From a virus (Duplodnaviria; Heunggongvirae; Uroviricota; Caudoviricetes), in the IMG/VR virus record IMGVR_UViG_2681813273_000007, positions 1-9,930 of that record: 9,930 nucleotides of DNA. One strand, given 5' to 3'. This document shows, piece by piece, positions 7,215 to 9,930 of the stretch (the stretch's first letter is position 1; every line of letters begins with the position of its first letter). A program made the position numbers and the translations under genes. The notes beneath the pieces are model-generated. The model was not told where the DNA came from. It ran no database searches and was given only the letters and a program-made list of their open reading frames with translations.

Positions 7215-7571
7215 ATGGAAATAAAACCAGAAGATGAGTTAAGCAATATTGTTTTATTTCCGGTAAAAGAGGATAACCCTCGTAATCAGGTTAATTTTCT
7301 TTATGAGCCATCGGAAAGACCATATTGCCATCACGCTTCTGTCCGGGTTGACGAAAAAGAGCGTCAGGTCCGCTGTAAAATTTGCGGTGCAGTTGTGGAG
7401 CCATTTGACTGGATGCTCTCTGTGGCGAAAAGAGAAACCAGACTGGCAGATGATGTAAGGCTCTTGCGCCAGGAGGAGCGGGAAAGGCGAAAAAATATAG
7501 AAAAGCTAATCCAGATTGAGCGTAATGCGAAAGCGCGGATACGCAGGGTGACAAAATATAGCCCCGAATAA
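7215..7571 (+). CDS. Hypothetical small protein, 118 aa, Cys/His cluster (C-H-H ... C-x2-C) followed by a charged coiled-coil-like C-terminus
   Basis: Strong RBS AGGAG at 7203-7210 with ATG at 7215; the ORF track begins at an upstream in-frame codon (7158), which I do not prefer. Confidence 0.5.
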   Translation: MEIKPEDELSNIVLFPVKEDNPRNQVNFLYEPSERPYCHHASVRVDEKERQVRCKICGAVVEPFDWMLSVAKRETRLADDVRLLRQEERERRKNIEKLIQIERNAKARIRRVTKYSPE

Positions 7572-7785
7572 TCAAGGTTATTTCTGGAAGTCAAGTCGTG
7601 AGTGATGAGGACTAACAAATACGGTGAACTCGATAAAGAGATTCAGGACGAACTGGAGGCCAGGAATGATTGACAAATCACCAAGTGAGTTCAGCTACAA
7701 AGATTTATTGTCATAACGGGTTATGAGATCGACTTGGTGCGTGATATTCTTCGGGCCAGTTTGCTATGCGCCACCATGAGATGTT

Positions 7786-8223
7786 ATGGCCCGCATGTTT
7801 GATACATTAGGATTTTACATTATGAATGTGCAACATTTTGATTTTTTTACAGATAATGAGTTTTCTAATCTGGAAAGATATCAAACTTGTAAAGCCATGG
7901 CCAAAGGTTATGCGGGCAATTACAAAACCGGGCAGTCAAGGTTGATGCATGCCCGCTCATACTGCTTCAGCATCGTAGCTGCATATTGGGATACACGGGT
8001 TGACGAAAAAGAGCGTCAGGTCCGCTGTAAAATCTGCGGTGCGGTTGTGGAGCCGTTTGACTGGATGCTCTCTGTGGCAAAAAGAGAAACCAGACTGGCA
8101 GATGATGTAAGGCTATTGCGCCAGGAGGAACAGGAAAGGCGGAGAAATATAGAAAAGCTGATACAGATTGAGCGTAACGCGAAAGCGCGGATACGCAGGG
8201 CGACAAAATCCAGAACTGAATAA
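7786..8223 (+). CDS. Hypothetical paralogue of the 118-aa protein: different N-terminal half, near-identical C-terminal 75 aa (alternative start ATG 7822 with AGGA 8 nt upstream)
   Basis: DNA 7996-8208 is about 95 percent identical to 7343-7555; upstream parts are unrelated. Confidence 0.45.
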   Translation: MARMFDTLGFYIMNVQHFDFFTDNEFSNLERYQTCKAMAKGYAGNYKTGQSRLMHARSYCFSIVAAYWDTRVDEKERQVRCKICGAVVEPFDWMLSVAKRETRLADDVRLLRQEEQERRRNIEKLIQIERNAKARIRRATKSRTE

Positions 8224-8370
8224 TTAAATTTAGCACTGTTAAAAATTTAATCCTTAACCGGAGGGATTTCTGCACCCTCAAATCATCAGGAGACCACCCG
8301 AAAGGGCGGGGAGCAGTCACACATCTGTTTCCGATAGCCCCGTTCTAATGCTACACTCTTTGATATTTTT

Positions 8371-9057
8371 ATGACCCCAATAAACATATTTATGACAGTT
8401 GCTGATTTCAAACGGCCCAAATTGGAGCTCCCAAACGGGGCAAACAAACTACTACTGCACTCTTGCTGTGCTCCATGTTCCGGTGAGGTGATGGAGGCGC
8501 TTCAGGCCTCGGGAATCGACTACACCATCTTTTTCTACAACCCGAACATTCATCCTCAGAAAGAGTATTTAATTCGTAAGGATGAGAATATTCGCTTTGC
8601 TGAACAACACGGCGTGCCGTTTATTGATGCTGATTACGACACAGACAACTGGTTTGAACGAGCCAAAGGAATGGAATGGGAGCCCGAACGAGGGATCCGT
8701 TGCACCATGTGTTTTGACATGCGTTTTGAGCGGACAGCGCTGTACGCCGCTGAAAATGGTTTCAGTGTGATCAGCAGTTCACTGGGCATTTCACGCTGGA
8801 AAAATATGCAGCAGGTTAACGACTGTGGGCGGCGAGCCGTCGCGCATTATCCGGGCATGGTGTACTGGGATTATAACTGGCGCAAGCAGGGCGGCTCGTC
8901 CCGTATGATTGAAATCAGCAAGCGCGAAAAATTCTATCAGCAGGAATATTGTGGCTGTGTGTATTCTCTGCGCGATACCAATCTACACCGCAAATCTCAG
9001 GGACGCCCTCTTATCAAAATTGGTCAACTCCACTACGGTAAAGAAGAGAAGGAGTGA
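8371..9057 (+). CDS. queH: QueH-like protein (DUF208 family, epoxyqueuosine reductase-like); start may be the internal ATG at 8392
   Basis: N-terminal [11 protein letters not shown] motif plus later Cys pairs (CTMC, CGC), which I recall as the DUF208/QueH signature; 228 aa is the expected size. Not verified by search. Confidence 0.55.
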   Translation: MTPINIFMTVADFKRPKLELPNGANKLLLHSCCAPCSGEVMEALQASGIDYTIFFYNPNIHPQKEYLIRKDENIRFAEQHGVPFIDADYDTDNWFERAKGMEWEPERGIRCTMCFDMRFERTALYAAENGFSVISSSLGISRWKNMQQVNDCGRRAVAHYPGMVYWDYNWRKQGGSSRMIEISKREKFYQQEYCGCVYSLRDTNLHRKSQGRPLIKIGQLHYGKEEKE

Positions 9058-9116
9058 TTTTATGGGGCACCTTTCTGATTGATTTCATATTGGCGAGGTA
9101 AGTAGAATGACTGCGG

Positions 9117-9284
9117 GTGCTTGAGGCTATCTGCTTCAGGCATGAACACCAAAAGGCAGATAGAGAAAAGCCCCAGTTAACATTACGCGTCCGGCAAGAC
9201 GCTTAACATTAATCTGAGGCCAATTTCATGCTTTGCACATGTAGGTTAGCCTCTTACATGCCGAAAGGCAAGGAGAAGCAGGCT
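9117..9284 (+). promoter_or_regulatory. Leader of the hok-family mRNA (predicted 5' folding elements)
   Basis: Sequence GCTTGAGGCTATCTGC...GCAGATAG forms an 8-bp stem (9127-9134 with 9156-9163) and resembles hok mRNA leaders as recalled; precise 5' end not determinable. Confidence 0.4.
9180..9260 (-). ncRNA. sok: Predicted sok-like antisense RNA overlapping the mok start region (position approximate)
   Basis: Inferred only from the conserved organisation of hok/sok loci; I could not define a convincing promoter or terminator on the minus strand. Confidence 0.25.
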
Positions 9285-9440
9285 ATGAAGCAGCAAAAGG
9301 CGATGTTAATCGCCCTGATCGTCATCTGTTTAACCGTCATAGTGACGGCACTGGTAACGAGGAAAGACCTCTGTGAGGTACGAATCCGAACCGGCCAGAC
9401 GGAGGTCGCTGTCTTCGTAGACTACGAATCCAGGAAGTAA
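9228..9440 (+). CDS. mok: Mok-like reading frame (in-frame N-terminal extension of hok)
   Basis: 70-aa ORF MLCTCRLASYMPKGKEKQA followed in frame by the Hok peptide, as in chromosomal mok/hok pairs. Confidence 0.55.
   Translation: MLCTCRLASYMPKGKEKQAMKQQKAMLIALIVICLTVIVTALVTRKDLCEVRIRTGQTEVAVFVDYESRK
9285..9440 (+). CDS. hok: Hok/Gef-family type I toxin, 51 aa, single transmembrane helix
   Basis: MKQQKAMLIALIVICLTVIVTALVTRKDLCEVRIRTGQTEVAVFVDYESRK is very close to HokC/HokD as recalled; AAGGAG RBS 10 nt upstream. Confidence 0.85.
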   Translation: MKQQKAMLIALIVICLTVIVTALVTRKDLCEVRIRTGQTEVAVFVDYESRK

Positions 9441-9517
9441 GAGTGACCGGGCGGGGAGCTGATCCCATCCCCGCCCACCTCTGATGTGTCAGGCATCCTC
9501 AACGCACCCGCACTTAA

Positions 9518-9560
9518 CCCGCCCATCGCTGTGATCTCTCAGCGTTTCGGCGGGTTTTTT
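9518..9560 (+). terminator. Candidate intrinsic terminator / hok mRNA 3' element (CCCGCC ... GGCGGG stem followed by T6)
   Basis: Stem arms at 9518-9523 and 9549-9554, T run 9555-9560; the loop is long (25 nt), so this is a weak call. A tighter hairpin GGGCGGGGA/TCCCCGCCC lies at 9450-9478. Confidence 0.4.
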
Positions 9561-9699
9561 GTTGTTTATTTCCGGTGAATTTGATTCGCGCACCTTCGCA
9601 GATAGAATCGACTCACTTAAGTAGCGCGCAGGGAGAAGAGGGATGGACCCCGAACAGGGGAGAGCTATTTATCTGGAAGGATTCTGAAGATGAAAATCG

Positions 9700-9930
9700 A
9701 AGAATTGCGTGAAATTTTTAGTGAAAATGGCCTCTATGCTGTGCGCGTTGAGAATGGAGCGATTGTCAGCCATTGCCGCATTAGATGTTTGCAATCTCAA
9801 CAAAGGAAGAGCGGTGCTGTGTTATTTTATTTTTGTAATGGACTTCTGACGGACGGTTTTATTTTGCGTGAGGACGAATTTGTCACATCATTACGGGTTT
9901 TGAAAGAGATAGGTTTTAAGGCTGGTTTTC
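9700..9930 (+). CDS. 5' part of an unrecognised gene running off the window end (MKIEELREIFSENGLYAVRVENGAIVSHCRIRCLQ...)
   Basis: Open frame of 77 codons from an ATG with AAGGA upstream and no stop before the window edge; absent from the ORF track because it is unterminated. Confidence 0.35.

Noticed and set aside
7605-7716. Two overlapping mini-ORFs of 22 and 16 codons in the gap between the paralogous genes
   Set aside because: Too short to support without conservation or expression data; no convincing RBS.
7291-8320. Minus-strand ORFs of 94, 84 and 117 aa
   Set aside because: Antisense to the paralogous small genes and duplicated with them; no start context.
1-9930. CRISPR arrays, tRNA or rRNA genes
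   Set aside because: No regularly spaced identical repeats with unique spacers and no cloverleaf-like or rRNA-like segments were seen on reading the window.

Overview
This 9.9-kb window reads as a rearranged lambdoid (Rac-like) prophage early/replication region, probably from an Escherichia/Shigella chromosome. Module I (+ strand) runs: Cro-like HTH gene (YdaS family), YdaT-like gene, a replisome-organizer gene with a DnaT-like C-terminus (ends IPPGFRG) and helically phased GTCACG repeats inside it, a DnaC-like helicase loader, a 241-aa unknown gene, then a Ren-like gene. The Ren-like gene is split after base 3649. Between its halves lies a 3.3-kb block (3650-6951): a complete 1264-bp IS600-type IS3-family element (orfA/orfB on the - strand) fused to the 3' part of a second, diverged replication module. 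That second module has a 5'-truncated, twice-frameshifted organizer gene, an intact DnaC-like gene, an intact Ren-like gene and the first 37 codons of the following gene. A 23-bp direct repeat marks the two junctions. Downstream are two paralogous small genes with a shared Cys-containing/coiled-coil C-terminus, a QueH-like (DUF208) gene, a hok/mok-type type I toxin locus and the 5' end of an unrecognised gene. No tRNA, rRNA or CRISPR array was seen. All protein family calls rest on recalled motifs and sequences, not on searches; the most checkable novel-looking items are the ORF-internal phased repeats, a 25-bp segment present in both orientations, and the QueH-like gene next to hok.
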